DNA of 64,000 nucleotides from Octopus vulgaris (Eukaryota), in contig OX597838.1 in assembly GCA_951406725.2 (NCBI GenBank), forward strand, positions 31,496,001-31,560,000, read 5' to 3'. The notes under the pieces were generated by a model. It was not told the DNA's origin, did not search any database, and worked only from the letters and a program-made list of their open reading frames with translations. Positions 1 to 14,115 of this stretch are shown here, piece after piece; positions within the stretch are counted from its first letter, which is position 1, and each line of letters starts with the position of its first letter. The position numbers were made by a program, and so were the translations under genes.

Positions 1-810
1 GCCTTGGCAGATATATATATTCCTGCGTTATGATATTGGGAACATGCTTCTTACATAACATTATGAGCAAGGTTTTTTAATTTAAATAGATACCACTTTA
101 AAGCAAGCAGTTTTATATGGAAGAACGAGGAACTATCCCAAGTGAGTTGGTGTGAAAAGAATCAAGTGTTTTGCGGGAATCCGATAAACATTTTGGGATA
201 GAAGTGAAGAAAAGAGACAGTTGGTGTCGGAAACAGAGGAAGATAGTAACAATGTTTGTCTTGTGCATTTTGTGTTAATTTGGTCATCTGTATGATCTAG
301 ATTAGAGAAGTGCATTGCTCGGTAGTTTCTTAAAAGAAGACATCAGACACAGCTGCATCTAACACGTTCTATTTATGCTGGACAATGATTCGGAAATAGA
401 AGATTGATGTAAATATGTTAAGGGTGTCACATGACCAGACATCTGTGAGATGGTGTTAAAATACTCAAGACCTCCTAATGTCTAACCTTGAATGTCTTGC
501 CTTTTGAGTTTTATTTATTTGTTTTTCTTTGTTCTGAAACCAAAAATGTGATTTCTCTCCAAATAGTAAATAAGTTCTATTTTGGATCTAGGATATTGAT
601 TTTATCCCACTAACCTAGCTCAGTGATGTTAGCTGAGTTTTTATTATGGATGGACAGAAGGATGCATAGAAGGGCTGACTCCTCCATTTTCAAATGTTAC
701 AGGAAATTGTTTTCCCATATAACATATTCTGCATTTACTAATCTTAACTAGTCAAAGCTTCACTAAAATAATCACAGAAATATATATTATTTTTATTTCT
801 TTCCATAGTG

Positions 811-982
811 AGGCGTAGGAGTGGCTGTGTGGTAAGTAGCTTGCCTACCAACCACATGGTTCCGGGTTCAGTTCCACTGCGTGGCATCTTGGGCTAGTGT
901 CTTCTGCTATAGCCTTGGGCCGACCAATGCCTTGTGAGTGGATTTGGTAGACAGAAACTGAAAGAAGCCTGTCGTATATATG

Positions 983-1015
<33 letters not shown>

Positions 1016-1221
1016 ATGTGTTTGTGTGTCTGTGTTTGTCCCTCTAGCATTGCCTGACAACTGATGCTGGTGTGTTTACGTCCCCGTCTTAGCAGTTCAG
1101 CAAAAGAGACCGATAGAATAAGTACTGAGCTTACAAAGAATAAGTCCCAGGGTCGATTTGCTCGACTAAAGGCGGTGCTCCAGCATGACCACAGTCAAAT
1201 GACTGAAACAAGTAAAAGAGT
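811..1221 (+). mobile_element. Full-length tRNA-derived CORE-type SINE (family A, octopus OR2-like)
   Basis: tRNA-like head with A-box (TGGCTGTGTGG) and B-box (GGTTCAGTTCC), CORE-like TTGGGC(T/A)AGTGTCTT, internal (TA)n/(TG)n, 3' tail CAGCATGACCACAGTCAAATGACTGAAACAAGTAAAAGAG; many copies in the window. Confidence 0.9.
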
Positions 1222-1740
1222 AGTGCATTTTATTTATTGCCTTCGTGTGTCACAGACATGGCTGTGTGGTTAAAGAGCTTTGCGTTACAACTAAATGGCT
1301 CTGGGTTTGATCCCACGAAAACAGTCGTTTGGGTGTTGACCAATGTCTTGCGAATGACATCTGGTAAATGATGATAATACATATGTATATATACATAGAT
1401 ACACATACATGCATGCATGTGTGTGTATGTATTCATGTATGTGTGTGCATGAGTGTACGTGTATGTGTGTGTGTCTCATGTATCCCAGATGCTGTTATAC
1501 ATTGCTGGTCACAATGCTCTTTGTATCATTTAACATTCATATGATGTCAACCCGCTGGTTAGGTGAGCTGGCCAACATTCCCCCTGATCTGAAGGCTAAT
1601 CCATCCCAGGGTCAAGCTGAAACTGTAATGATAATTGAAGTCTGTCTTTGTATTGTTTGTCTGTCCATATGTTTTTATTGTTGTCCATTATGTTCTTATT
1701 CCATATTTTGGATTTATATATGTATATATATATATATATC

Positions 1741-2007
1741 TAATGTAGGATAACATTTTTTCGAAAAAATTTTTATCAATGGCCAGCATATTAAAAAATA
1801 TCTTTAAAGGTTAAATTATAAACAACTTATAAATAAGGGCAAACGAAAAAATTTCTGATGCCAAATATGCCGAAAATTGGATATATTGTCCATTTACCAT
1901 ATAATTTTTTCCCCGGTTTGCCCTTATTTATAAGTTATATATATATATATACATATATAATATTTATATTTGTATGTATGCATGTATGTATGTATGTGTT
2001 TGTGTAT

Positions 2008-2078
<71 letters not shown>

Positions 2079-2445
2079 AATAACTATAGGATGAAGTCCC
2101 TTTCTCTACAGAAAAGGATTCCATCAAAAAGTGTGGCAGTATATTAAAAAAACCTTTACGGTTGAAGTATAAACATCTTATAATTAAGGGCTAAAGCCAA
2201 TACACTGATTTATCCACTTATAATCCACTTGTTACAGGAAAATTGAACTGAAAGTGGGCAACTAACCTTTAGAAAATTTAAATTTCGTTATCTCTATATT
2301 GAATCAATTTCGGAATTAATCCCTATAAAGGATACATTAGTTGCCTGCTTTCAGTTCAATTTTCCTGTAACAAGTGGATTATAAGTGGATAAATCAGAGT
2401 ATTGGCTTTAGAATAACCTTCTTTAGCCCTTAATTATAAGATATA
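1741..2445. mobile_element. Two related foldback elements in (TA)n, probably Penelope pLTR-derived
   Basis: Inverted arms ACTTATAAATAAGGGCAAAC/GTTTGCCCTTATTTATAAGT (~1825-1935) and ~90-bp arms at ~2175-2266 / ~2337-2442; the two elements share similar left portions; a hammerhead lies nearby. Confidence 0.5.
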
Positions 2446-2616
2446 TATATATACACACATGAAGTAACAAACTAAGGAAAGGAAATCCTTCAAAGGGGTA
2501 TATAAAACATCCTATTCACTGGTACATCAGTTAAATACCACATAAATATGGGTATAATGCAAATCACAAACAATAAATTAAATAGAGAGATAATAATTTC
2601 GTCTATCTTTAAACCT

Positions 2617-2698
2617 TAGCTCTGATGAGACTTATATAAGTGAAGTGAATTGTTTATATATCAAAAAATGTATATAAGTCGAAACAAATTGTTGGCTA
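2617..2698 (+). ncRNA. Type I hammerhead ribozyme motif with intact core
   Basis: Stem I TAGCT(2617-21)/GGCTA(2694-98); CTGATGA 2622-28; 10-bp stem II GACTTATATA/TATATAAGTC; GAAA; stem III ACA-AAT-TGT; GUU cleavage triplet at 2691-93. Confidence 0.8.
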
Positions 2699-2803
2699 TT
2701 TTAGTTTTTTAATGATTTTTTTATCTTATATTATATTATATTATATTCATAGTATATTATGTTATATTCTAATATAAATAAATTATTGGATTGTCAATTT
2801 ATT

Positions 2804-2854
<51 letters not shown>

Positions 2855-3029
2855 ATTTCAGAGTTTGTATAAGTGTGTACATATAAATATAGTAGTCAAT
2901 CAAATCCTGATATCATCTGATTTTCATGTTTTATTTTTGTATTTCTTTGACAATTTTACAATATTCCACATTACAATAATCCTTTCTACTACAGGCAGAA
3001 GGCCTGAAATTTTGGGGGAGGGGGATGAG

Positions 3030-3380
3030 TTGATTAACCCTAACCCAGTGTGTAAGTGGTATTTAATTTATCAACCCTGAAAGGATGGAAGGCAAAGCCA
3101 ACCCTGGAGGCATTTGAGCTCAGAACGTGAAGACAGAGGAAATACCAACTTCTTTACTACCCACAAGGGGCTAAACACAGAGAGGACAAAGAAGGACAGA
3201 CAAACGGATTAAGTCGATTATATTGACCCCAGTGCGTAGCTGGTACTTAATTCATCGACCCCGAAAGGATGAAAGGCAAAGCCAACCCTGGAGGCATTTG
3301 AACTCAGAACACGAAGACAGACAGAATACCACCGAGCATTTTGCCTGGCCTGCTAATGATTCTGCCAGCTTACCACTTTA
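3030..3380 (-). mobile_element. Nin/Deu-domain tRNA SINE (family B), two adjacent or nested copies
   Basis: Reverse-strand GCCTTTCATCCTTTCGGGGTCGAT..TAAGTACCAG core, GAGTTCAAAT B-box, tail TTTAGCCCCTTGTGGGTAGTAAAGAA. Confidence 0.85.
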
Positions 3381-3547
3381 TTCCATATTACAATAATACA
3401 AGTATCCCAGTAGCACAAAATAGAATATTTGTTAAGTGGCAATGTGTGAAAGTCTTGGCCCTTGAGTCTCTCTGTAACTTCTGCCAATAATAATCTGCTC
3501 ATACTTTGAGTTCTGTTTTCCAGTCTGCCTCACCAAACCTCCAAACC

Positions 3548-3584
<37 letters not shown>

Positions 3585-3679
3585 CTATGTATGTATATTG
3601 GCTTTTCAATAGCTTATTATCGACAGGGGCTGTATGCTTCTCCTGTAGTTTGCATTTCCTCATTAGTAGAGAATGTGGT

Positions 3680-3930
3680 TGATGCCAGGTCTGCATGACT
3701 GGCTCCCGTGCCGACAGCACATAAAAAGCACCAAACGAACGTGGCCAATGCCAGTACTCCGAGGATTGGCTCCTATGTCGGTGGCATGTAAAAAGCACCC
3801 GCTACACTCTCATAGTGGTTGGTGTTAGGAAGGACATCCAGCTGTTGAAACATTGGGATGTCAGATTTGAGCCTGGTGCAACCACTGGCTCTCCAAACCT
3901 CAATCAAACCATTCAACCCATGCCAGCTGA
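3680..3930 (+). mobile_element. RTE LINE 3' UTR fragment (family C)
   Basis: GGCATGTAAAAAGCACC units and GTTAGGAAGGACATCCAGCTGT motif, same as the 3' UTR attached to the RTE ORF at 62.2-62.6 kb. Confidence 0.75.
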
Positions 3931-4651
3931 TGAAAGCCTAATGTGTGGACTTGGTAAACGGAAACTGAAAGAAGCTTATTGTGTGTGTGTGTGTGTGTGT
4001 GCGTGTTTGTCCTCCACCATCACTTGACAACCAGTTTTAGTGTGTTTACATCCCCAAAAGAGACTGATAAATTAAATACCAGGCCTAAAAAAAAAACTAC
4101 TGGGTTCAATTCATTCAACTTAAATCCTTCAAGGCAGTGCCCCAGCATGGCCACAGTCTATTAACTGGAACAAAAAAAAAAGATTAAATGATAAAAGATA
4201 AAAAATAGTGGGTGGGAGTTACTGGCAGTAAAAGAAAAACTTTCTGACAAGTAATGAGCTTTGAATGCTGGTAACAAGCTTTACATCTGGCAATCAAATA
4301 TTTCACAGTTAACAAGGCTGACCTTCTTCAAGACATGTGCAGAGAGCAATCTCCTCTGTGAAGCTGGAACCTGGAATATGAAGAAGGAATTTCAAGATCA
4401 CCTTGATGGTAGGCACATGAGACTACACATGACATTCTAAAATAAAAGACCAGAGAAGAAATTTACAGGCACATTGGTGTCCTGGTGCCCCAACTGGCAC
4501 AAAGTCACACCCACTCAATACTACTCCCCTTTCCACTCTCAGTTGTGTCCAGGTCCGATTGCAGGAAGGGTCTATAGTGTTCAGCATCTGTGCTTTTTAT
4601 CTCAAGGTACAGCTTGATGTCATCTGCATATTTCAGCACTGTGGGATTCTT

Positions 4652-5050
4652 AGGCGGTGAGCTGGCAGAGTCGTTAGCACGCCGGGCAAAATGCTTAGCG
4701 GTATTTTATCTGCGGTTACATTCTGAGTTCAAATTCCGCCGAGGCCGACTTTGCCTTTCATCCTTTCGGGGTCGATAAATTAAGTACCAGTTACGCACTG
4801 GGGTCGATGTAATCGACTTAATACCTATGTCTGTCCTTGTTTGTCCCCTCTATGTTTAGCCCCTTGTGGGCAGTAAAGAAATGGGTATTTTGTCTGCCGC
4901 TTCGTTCTGAGTTCATATTCCATCGAGGTCAACTTTGCCTTTCATCTTTTCGGGGTCAATAAATTAAGTACCGGTGAAACACTGGGGGGTCGATGTAATT
5001 GACTATCCCTCTCCCTCAAATTTCAGGCCTTGTGTTTATAGTAGAAAGGA
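4652..5050 (+). mobile_element. Family B SINE, full copy followed by a second core
   Basis: GGCGGTGAGCTGGCAGAGTCGTTAGC head, GAGTTCAAATTCC B-box, Nin-like core present twice. Confidence 0.88.
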
Positions 5051-5195
5051 TTTATGTCATTAATGTATGCAACAAACAAAAGGGGATCAAGAACAGATCC
5101 CTGCGATACACCAGATGACATCACATAGGATGAAGAATGCTGTCCAAGAACCATGACTACCTCTTTTCGGCTTAGAATGAAGGACTCCAACCAGT
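5045..5195 (-). mobile_element. CR1/L2-type LINE reverse transcriptase fragment
   Basis: Minus-strand translation NWLESFILSRKEVVMVLGQHSSSYVMSSGVSQGSVLDPLLFVAYINDI matches the RT motif [20 protein letters not shown]. Confidence 0.85.
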
Positions 5196-5206
5196 TATAT
5201 ATGTAT

Positions 5207-5217
5207 AGACACACACA

Positions 5218-5305
<88 letters not shown>
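5207..5305. repeat. (CA)n microsatellite
   Basis: Near-perfect dinucleotide run. Confidence 0.95.
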
Positions 5306-5307
<2 letters not shown>

Positions 5308-5549
5308 GTGACCCACCAGAAGTGCTCTGTGAGTGTGCTCTGAACACTTTGGTATTTTATATGCAAAAGAAACCATGTCTAGCCATGTGGCTTACACTAC
5401 ACATGCTCATACACATGCATAATCACATCATACACACAGATAATCGTCCACGCACATACATACATACACACACACACACATACATACATACATACATACA
5501 TACACACACACATACATACATACAAACATACATACATACATATATATGT

Positions 5550-5940
5550 ACTCTTTTACTTGTTTCAGTCATTTGACTGCGGCCATGCTGGAGCACCGCC
5601 TTTAGTCGAGCAAATCGACCCCGGGACTTATTCTTTGTAAGCCCAGTACTTATTCTATCAGTCTCTTTTGCTGAACTGCTAAGTAACGGGGGACGTAAAC
5701 ACACCAGCATTGGTTGTCAAGCAATGCTAGGGGGACAAACACAGACACACAAACACACATACATACATATATATATATATATATACATATATACGACAGG
5801 CTTCTTTCAGTTTCCGTCTACCAAATCCACTCACAAGGCATTGGTCGGCCCGGGGCTATAGCAGAAGACACTTGCCCAAGATGCCACGCAGTGGGACTGA
5901 ACCCGGAACCATGTGGTTGGTTAGCAAGCTACTTACCTCA
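5550..5940 (-). mobile_element. Family A CORE-type SINE
   Basis: Reverse complement of 811-1221 at high identity. Confidence 0.9.
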
Positions 5941-6432
5941 CAATGTGTTTGTGTATTATTTACACATACATATATATGTATGTATGTATGCATGTATGTA
6001 TGCATGTCTGTGTGTGTGCGTGTGTGTATACAAGAATGTATACTAGAAAAATCAGACACCAAGGAAACCATATTTTCTGCTTCTGTTTACCTTTCAAGAT
6101 TCTTAATTGTGTATTTCTGCGCATCCTTGTTTTAATTCACACTAAGATACACTCACACACACACACAATTTACTACACACACACACACAATTTACTACAC
6201 ATACACACACAATTTACTACACGCACACACATACATGTGTATATTAATGGCATGATACCCCTTTGAACACAGATACACATTTATTTCTATCAGTAAATAA
6301 AAGTGTGTTACACTGTAAAATTGCAATGTACTCATTATTTCTATATTCTTTTACAATATTTCTCTCTCCAAATAGTAGTACATATTCATTTTCTGTATTA
6401 TTTTAATGCTTAATTTTGAACACCTTCATACA

Positions 6433-6464
<32 letters not shown>

Positions 6465-6734
6465 CACAATCATACATTCACATGTATAGCATGTACAACA
6501 TCGAACTATACGTCTTAAACATATCTTGTAATCATGCTTTCTAAAATCTGTAATATATATTATATATACATATATATATAAATCTGTAATATTTATTATA
6601 TATAATATATATACATACATACATACATTGCAAAATACATACCTACATACATACATAAATACATATATACATGCATACATACATGCATACATACATGCAT
6701 ACCTACATATATATGTATGATATGTATGTATGTA

Positions 6735-6774
<40 letters not shown>

Positions 6775-7130
6775 CTTACATAATACATACACACACACAC
6801 ACATACATATATCAAGAGATGAAAATACATAGATTTTTTTCTTAAATGTCTTAGATTTAAAAATTGCACGAAAATTTTCATCGGGAAGTAAAATATACAA
6901 TTTACACTAAAAATCTGAAGATGTGGCAGTAAGCAGTGAAGAGAGAAGAAAAAAAATGATTTTCCAAAGAAAAAAATATTGTTATTGATACATTAAATAT
7001 CTTCTGCTGTTACAGTGGGTTATCACAATTTTTTTTTGTTGTCTTTTGGAAGTTTTTGTCTTCACTCCACACCATTTCTCATCTATCAATGAGATTAATA
7101 CAGTTGAGAGTGGAAATATATATACAGCCT

Positions 7131-7497
<367 letters not shown>

Positions 7498-8480
7498 CAG
7501 GGTGTGGTGAATAAATTGTCATCTAAATTATGCAAAAATAAAAATAACACTGGATCTCATTTTAACAAATATATTTACCAAAATTAAATAAAAATATTTT
7601 GAAATACTAAAGAGTAAATTTATTCAATAAAATTGCTATTTGCTTCAACCACAGCCTCCAGTAGACTTTAGAATCTCCTGCAACTCTTCTGGACAGTCTC
7701 CTTGCTGAAGTTCGTGAATGCTGCCATAATCCTTGCCTTCAGTTCATCTTTGGTGTTACAAGGAGTTTTATTGGTCTCTCTCTTGACTGCGCCTCACACA
7801 TAATAATCGAGGGGGTTGCAGTCTGGGGAGTTAGGTGGCCAGGTGTTAGGGGCAATGTGGTTACAGAAATTGTCTGACAGCCGTGACTGGGTTCTCCTGT
7901 GGCATGGTCTTCCAGCAGCCACCCTTTTAACCCAGGGCAGCACTACCTCCTCCAAGCACTTGATGTAGGCTTCCGTGTTGAGTCTTAGGCAGTGTGGGAA
8001 GACGAATGGAAGCATAATGTCACCATCACTCTAAACACCATGATGTTGACTGGATGTTTGATTTTTATCACTCTCGGTAGATGTTTCGGGGACACGACAA
8101 GCCAACGGTTGTTCTGTGTGTTCACCATCTGATCCTGGCAGAAAATTTTCTCATCTGAGAAAAACCAAAGCATATTCAGTTGGAGGGGATGTTTGAGTTT
8201 GTTCAAACCTTTGTAGCATGGTCTTACCTCTTGTCCTTAATGGCTTGGGATAAAAATTGGCCCTTTTTCTTTTTGTATGAAGAATACCTAATGTCTTCAT
8301 ACACTACCTGCCTGATAAGAAACTCAGACACTCTCATGTTCCTGGTGATCAACCTGATTGACTTAAAGGGATTGTTGTCAATCATGGCCAGGATCTCACC
8401 AACAAATTCAGGAGTTCTTTTCTAAGCAGAAAGATGAGAATGAGTTTTCCATTCATAATAACCATTAGACTCATCCAACT
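7498..8480 (-). mobile_element. Decayed Tc1/mariner transposon, maT (DD37D)-like, with transposase pseudogene
   Basis: Frameshifted minus-strand peptides WFFSDEKIF...NTQNNRW...KHPVNIMVF and YIKCLEEVVLPW...WPPNSPDCNPLDYYV; terminus TA|CAGGGTG at 7498; other end truncated. Confidence 0.85.
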
Positions 8481-8569
8481 ATATATATATATATATAAGT
8501 AGCGGCAGGCAAAATACCGCTAAGCATTTCACTCGGCATACTAACGTTTCTGCTAGCTCGCACTTCTTT

Positions 8570-8720
8570 ACACATCTGTCCACATCCATACGCATCACAT
8601 GACCATATACCAGCACTGTCATCCCTCTTGTACCCCTGTGACCAATACTTCTTCATTAATGGCCTTTCATCAGTTGTGCTGAGGTCTTGAAGGTGTTCGC
8701 CCAGCTCTGCAGATTTTGCT
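8570..8720 (-). mobile_element. RTE LINE C-terminal fragment
   Basis: Minus strand reads ..YGHVMRMDVDRCVK (RLRWYGHVMRM motif). Confidence 0.6.
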
Positions 8721-9029
8721 CCACATAATGAACCACTCACTGTTCAATAACTGGCTTTATTTCTTCTTTAACAAGCAAACAGGTAAACTACACAGGCCCT
8801 TAAGGGAACATTAATTGGATTGCTCAAACTGCTAAAAATAGTAGCTAACATTTTCTCAAAGCAAAATGCTACAAATTTGGAAAAGAGAGAACAAATTGAT
8901 TAATGTGGTCCTGGATATGTTTTCTCTGAAAAAGAAAGATGAGACAGTCATATCTGGGAAGCCTTTTATCATAGGTCTTCTAAATCAGGCCTCACTTGCG
9001 TTTAAACAACATCACTTGCCCATGAAAGC

Positions 9030-9740
9030 TTGGGTAAATATTGGTTTCAAATTTTGACACAAAGCCAGCAATTTCAGGGGAGGGGTAAATTGATTACATT
9101 GCCCCTTCAGTGCTCAACTTGTACCCTTTTCATTGATCCCAAAAGGATGAAAGGCAAAGTTGATCTCTGTGGAATTTGAACTCAAAGCATAAAGATGGAC
9201 CAAATGCTGCTAAGCATTTTGCCTGACGTGCTAATGATTCTGCCAGCTTGCTGTCTTAATTTGGGTAAATATTGGTTTACATTTGGGTTCAAGGTCAGTA
9301 ATTTTGCGGGAGGGGCTAAGTTGATTACATTGTCCCCAGTGCTTGCTTGAATGGAACTTATATTATTGACCTTGAAAGGCTAAAAGGCAAAATTGGCCTT
9401 GGAGGAATTTGAACTCAGAATGTAAAGATAGACAAAATGCCACTAAGCATTTTTTATCCCAGGATGCTAAGAATTCTTCCAGCTTGTCACCTTAACTTGG
9501 GTAAATATTGATTTCAAATTATGGCACAAGGCCAGCAATTTCAGGGGAGGGGTATGCCCACTCTGTTGATCCCAGTGCCCAACTGGTGTTTATTTTATTG
9601 ACACCGAAAGAATGAAAGGCAAAGTTGACCTTGGCAGAATTTGAACTCAGAACATGAAGACGGATGAAAAACCGATAAGCATTTCACCCGACATGCTAAT
9701 GATTCTGCCAGCTCACTGCCTTAAATTGGATAAATATTAA
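9030..9740 (-). mobile_element. Three head-to-tail diverged family B SINE units
   Basis: ~230-bp unit starting TTGGGTAAATATTG repeated three times, each with GAAAGGCAAA..GGAATTTGAACTCA. Confidence 0.8.
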
Positions 9741-11343
9741 TGCCATTTCTATCCTACTCAGCGCCAGAAATTTTTGGTTTCATCTCCATGATACCATAAT
9801 ACAAAAATGACTGAGAACCACAAAGAAGTCAATTAAATGAAAAATCAGTGCTTGACAGGTTCTTTCTTTTATTGATCCTAGAAGAATGAAAGACAAAGGT
9901 AATGTTAGTGGGATTTGAACCTAAGACATAAAACAATGTAACTAAACACCAGAGAAACTTTGTCTGATAATTTCATTTTTTTTTTTGTACTTTTGAAAAG
10001 TTTATCTTTGAAAAGAGAAGTGATTGAACAAACATCCAAAAGGTACCAATGGAACTTTATTTAGAACACCTCATCAAGAAAACAGAATAGTCAAGAGTAT
10101 ACACTGGAAAGCCTATTTCTGCAAAAATATATCTGCTAATAAAACATCCACAGATAAATTCTGTTTCAAGACTCTGCTTCTTGGATCTGATAAGATGGGC
10201 CTGTCCTTTGTCTTCTTTTTCTTATTTACCACATTGATGTTGTTTCTCTCTCTGTTGTTATTCTTGCAGTGATTGTTGTTTAGTTTCACCATTCAGGACA
10301 GCAGTCACAATTGAATAGATCCATGATTGTAGGCATTCTAGCCATGGCCATCCTGTCTTTTTTTAAATTCAGAGACTTCCATTTTTTGATAAATTATGTG
10401 ATCGGAGGGCAATTTGTCTGCTATTTCTAGCAAACCAGGCCACTGCAGAGAGGCTTCCCTTGTTATATCTCAGTATCAAAGTCTCAATAACCAATATTTC
10501 TTTCGTTTCATGATAACTTATTATGCATGAATTTATTTATTTTTTTAAATTCTATTTCTATAAATATTTGTATTTATATATTTTCATTTAGGAAACCATG
10601 CTCAAGCTGACAGTGAGCCCCTGTCACTTGTTGGACCCTGTCAAACCATCCAACTTAAGCAAGCATGGAAAACAGACATTAAATGATGACAATGATATGA
10701 TGATGATTACAATGATGCCGACGATGATGATGATTTATTAATTAATTATTTGTATTTTTAAATTTCGTTTTTTGGCCTCACCCTAAAGCCTGCCCTTTCT
10801 ATCAATGACATCCACCCTTGCAACTGTTTTCTCAATTATTTTATTTTATTTTTTTTTAAGTCCTTGCTGTTGTTGTTATTGTTGTTGGTGGTAGTGTGTG
10901 TGTGTGTGGGCTGGTGGTAATCGAGCGATCCACACTTATCCTTCTTTCTCTCTTCTCCTTTTTTCTCTTTTTCTTTATCCCTTTCTTTCATTTTCTTCTG
11001 TTCTGTTCTTTCTTTCTTTCCTTTCTTTCTCTTTCACAAATTTCGTTTGTTTTTCATTCTTTCTATCATTTCGTTTTTCTTTCATTCTTTCTATCATTTC
11101 GTTTTTCTTTCATACTTTTATTTTGGTTCATACTTTCTTTTCTTCATTATTTTTTTCTTTCTTTTCTTCGAACCGTCTCTCTTCTTTTGTTATTTCTTTC
11201 CCAATTTGCTTCCTCACTGACTTCACTTCTCTGTCTCTCTATCTTTCTATCTAACCATCCATCATTCCATCCATCCATCCAGCCCGCTCTCTCTCTCTTT
11301 ATATATATATATACACACACACACATATATATACGTATATATA

Positions 11344-11711
<368 letters not shown>

Positions 11712-12195
11712 CATTTATATATCTACCTACCTATCTATCTGCCTGTCTGTGTGCCTATCTGCCATATTTCCCCGCTTGTTGAGTCTAATGACTTCATCAT
11801 CAACTTTAATGAGACGGCTGTCAGTGCAATCTCATCATCACTTCTCTAACTCCTCTCTATTTCTGTATTTATGTACACAGACACACAGAACACACACTCA
11901 TCACTTAAATTTAAAACTATAAAATACACACTCACACACACACACACACACGTGCACTGGTGTTATCGCTGTTGTTTTTTGACTTTGGGTCGGACACCAT
12001 CTTGGCTCTCCAACCTTTGACCCAGTATAATACTACTTTCAGATTTTAGCACAAGGCCAGCAATTTTGAGGGAGGAGGTCAGTCGATTACTCTGATCCCA
12101 GTGATCAAGTGGTACTTATTTTATTCACCCCTTAAAGGGCCTTGACTCTGCCTTTCATCCTTTGACCCTGTATAATACTGAGGATATAACACCTG

Positions 12196-12236
<41 letters not shown>

Positions 12237-12431
12237 GGGGCTGCATCAACACTTGGCTCGTACTCATTTTTGTTCAGGAATGAAATTCATAAAGTTGTGA
12301 CCACGAGGTCAATACCCTGACCAGTGGTGAGCAGTTGTAAAGTCACAATTTTGGCTAGAAAAAAGAGTCACAATTAATTTATGGGGGCTGGTAATAAAGT
12401 CACAGGGAAAAAAGGTCACATTTAATTAATG

Positions 12432-12516
12432 GGATCCAGACAAAACCCTCCTAGGACAAAATCCCCTCGGACAGAATCCCTGTGACTTTTTTCTGTGACT
12501 TTATCACCTGGATTCT
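12432..12516. mobile_element. Small MITE-like element
   Basis: Ends GGATCCAG...CTGGATTC with internal GGACAAAATCCC repeats. Confidence 0.4.
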
Positions 12517-12702
12517 GACCATTAGGCCATGCTCTTTTACAAATGAAAAATGTGGATCTCAAATACACCACATCAAGAATCATCTGGTCAAGCTTGTTTT
12601 GCTACTCATTATGGATACCATATCATATTCATAAGGTCAACAACATTCTGCAGAGTCACTGAGACGATCAGATGTCCTGCGAGATAACTTGTGATAAATA
12701 TT

Positions 12703-13090
12703 CTGTGTGGTAAGGAGTTTGACTCCTAAACATATAGTTCCGGGTTCAGTCCCACTGTGTGACACCTTGGGCAAGAGTCTTCTACTATAACCTTGGACAA
12801 ACCAAAGCCTTGTGAGTGAATTTGTTTGGCAGGTGTAGAAAGAAGCCTGTTGTATATATGTATATATATTTATGTGGCTGTGTCTTTGTGTTTGTCCCTC
12901 ATCTCTGCTTGACAACAAGTGTAGGTGTGTTTACATCCCTGTAACTTAACAGTTCAGCAAAAGGAACCGTTAGAATAAGTATCAGGCTTAATAGAAAAAT
13001 AAGTACCGGGTTCGGTTCTTCGACTAAAATTTTTCAAGTCAGTGCCCCAGTATGAGCATAGTCGAAAAATCAAAACAAGTAAAAGAGAAA
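12703..13090 (+). mobile_element. Family A SINE (diverged)
   Basis: Head, CCTTGGGCAAG core and tail present. Confidence 0.85.
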
Positions 13091-13114
13091 ACATTTAGAT
13101 CAGTTCAAATATAT

Positions 13115-13669
13115 TTATTTCTTTATTGCCCACAAGGGGCTAAACATAGAGGGGACAGACAAAGGGGTTAAGTCGATTACATTGACCCCAGTGCGTAACT
13201 GGTACTTATTTAATCGACCCTGCAAGGATGAAAGGCAAAGTTGACCTCGGCGGAATTTGAACTCAGAACACAAAGACAGACGAAATGCCACTAAGCATTT
13301 TGCCCGGTGTGCCAACTCTTCTACCACTCACCGCCTTTATGCCAGCTTGCAATTATATTAGGGGCATTTTTGATCTGTACAAAGTTGTGGAGAACATTTC
13401 TCACTTTAGGGGACAAACAAGGACAGTGTTAAAGATTACACGACCCCAGTGCATAACTGGTACTTATTTAATCGACCCTGCAAGGATGAAAGGCAAAGTC
13501 GACCTCGGCGGAATTTGAACTCAGAACACAAAGACAGACGAAATGCCACTAAGCATTTTGCCCGGTGTGCCAACTCTTCTACCACTCACCGCCTTTATGC
13601 CAGCTTGCAATTATATTAGGGGCATTTTTGATCTGTACAAAAGTTGTGGAGAACATTTCTCACTTTAGG
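13115..13669 (-). repeat. Family B SINE plus flank, tandemly duplicated
   Basis: ~13175-13409 repeated near-identically at ~13434-13669, including ~75 bp of non-SINE flank. Confidence 0.85.
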
Positions 13670-13807
13670 CAATGGGTGTTAAAGAACACCAACAGTCATT
13701 TCATGGCAACCTCAGATGCAGCAGTGAATGCATTTCTCACTTCTTGGCTATCATCAACACCGTATACCATAAGAGAGACAACTCTGAAATGCCTCTGGAA
13801 GCTTCAT

Positions 13808-13809
<2 letters not shown>

Positions 13810-13844
<35 letters not shown>

Positions 13845-14115
13845 CCATTATCATTTAATGTCCATCTCCCATGCCAGCATTGGTTCAACAGTTCGATAGG
13901 AGCTGGCAAGTCAGAGGCGTGCACCAGGCTCCAGTTGCCTGATCCAGCATGGTTTCTATGGTTGGATGCTCTTCCTGACACCAACCACATCACAGAATGT
14001 ACCGGGTGCTTTCTATGCGACATCAGCACAGGCGCTTTTTGCGTGGCACCAACACAGATGCCTTTTATGTGGTGCCAGTACGGGTACCTTCTACCCGATG
14101 CCAGCACAGGTGCTT
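13810..14115 (-). mobile_element. RTE 3' UTR fragment with (CAT)n tail
   Basis: (CAT)n then TTTAATGTCC..CCATGCCAGCAT..GGATGCTCTTCC. Confidence 0.75.

Noticed and set aside
133-315. 60-aa minus-strand ORF in unique sequence
   Set aside because: Length expected by chance; no recognisable homology
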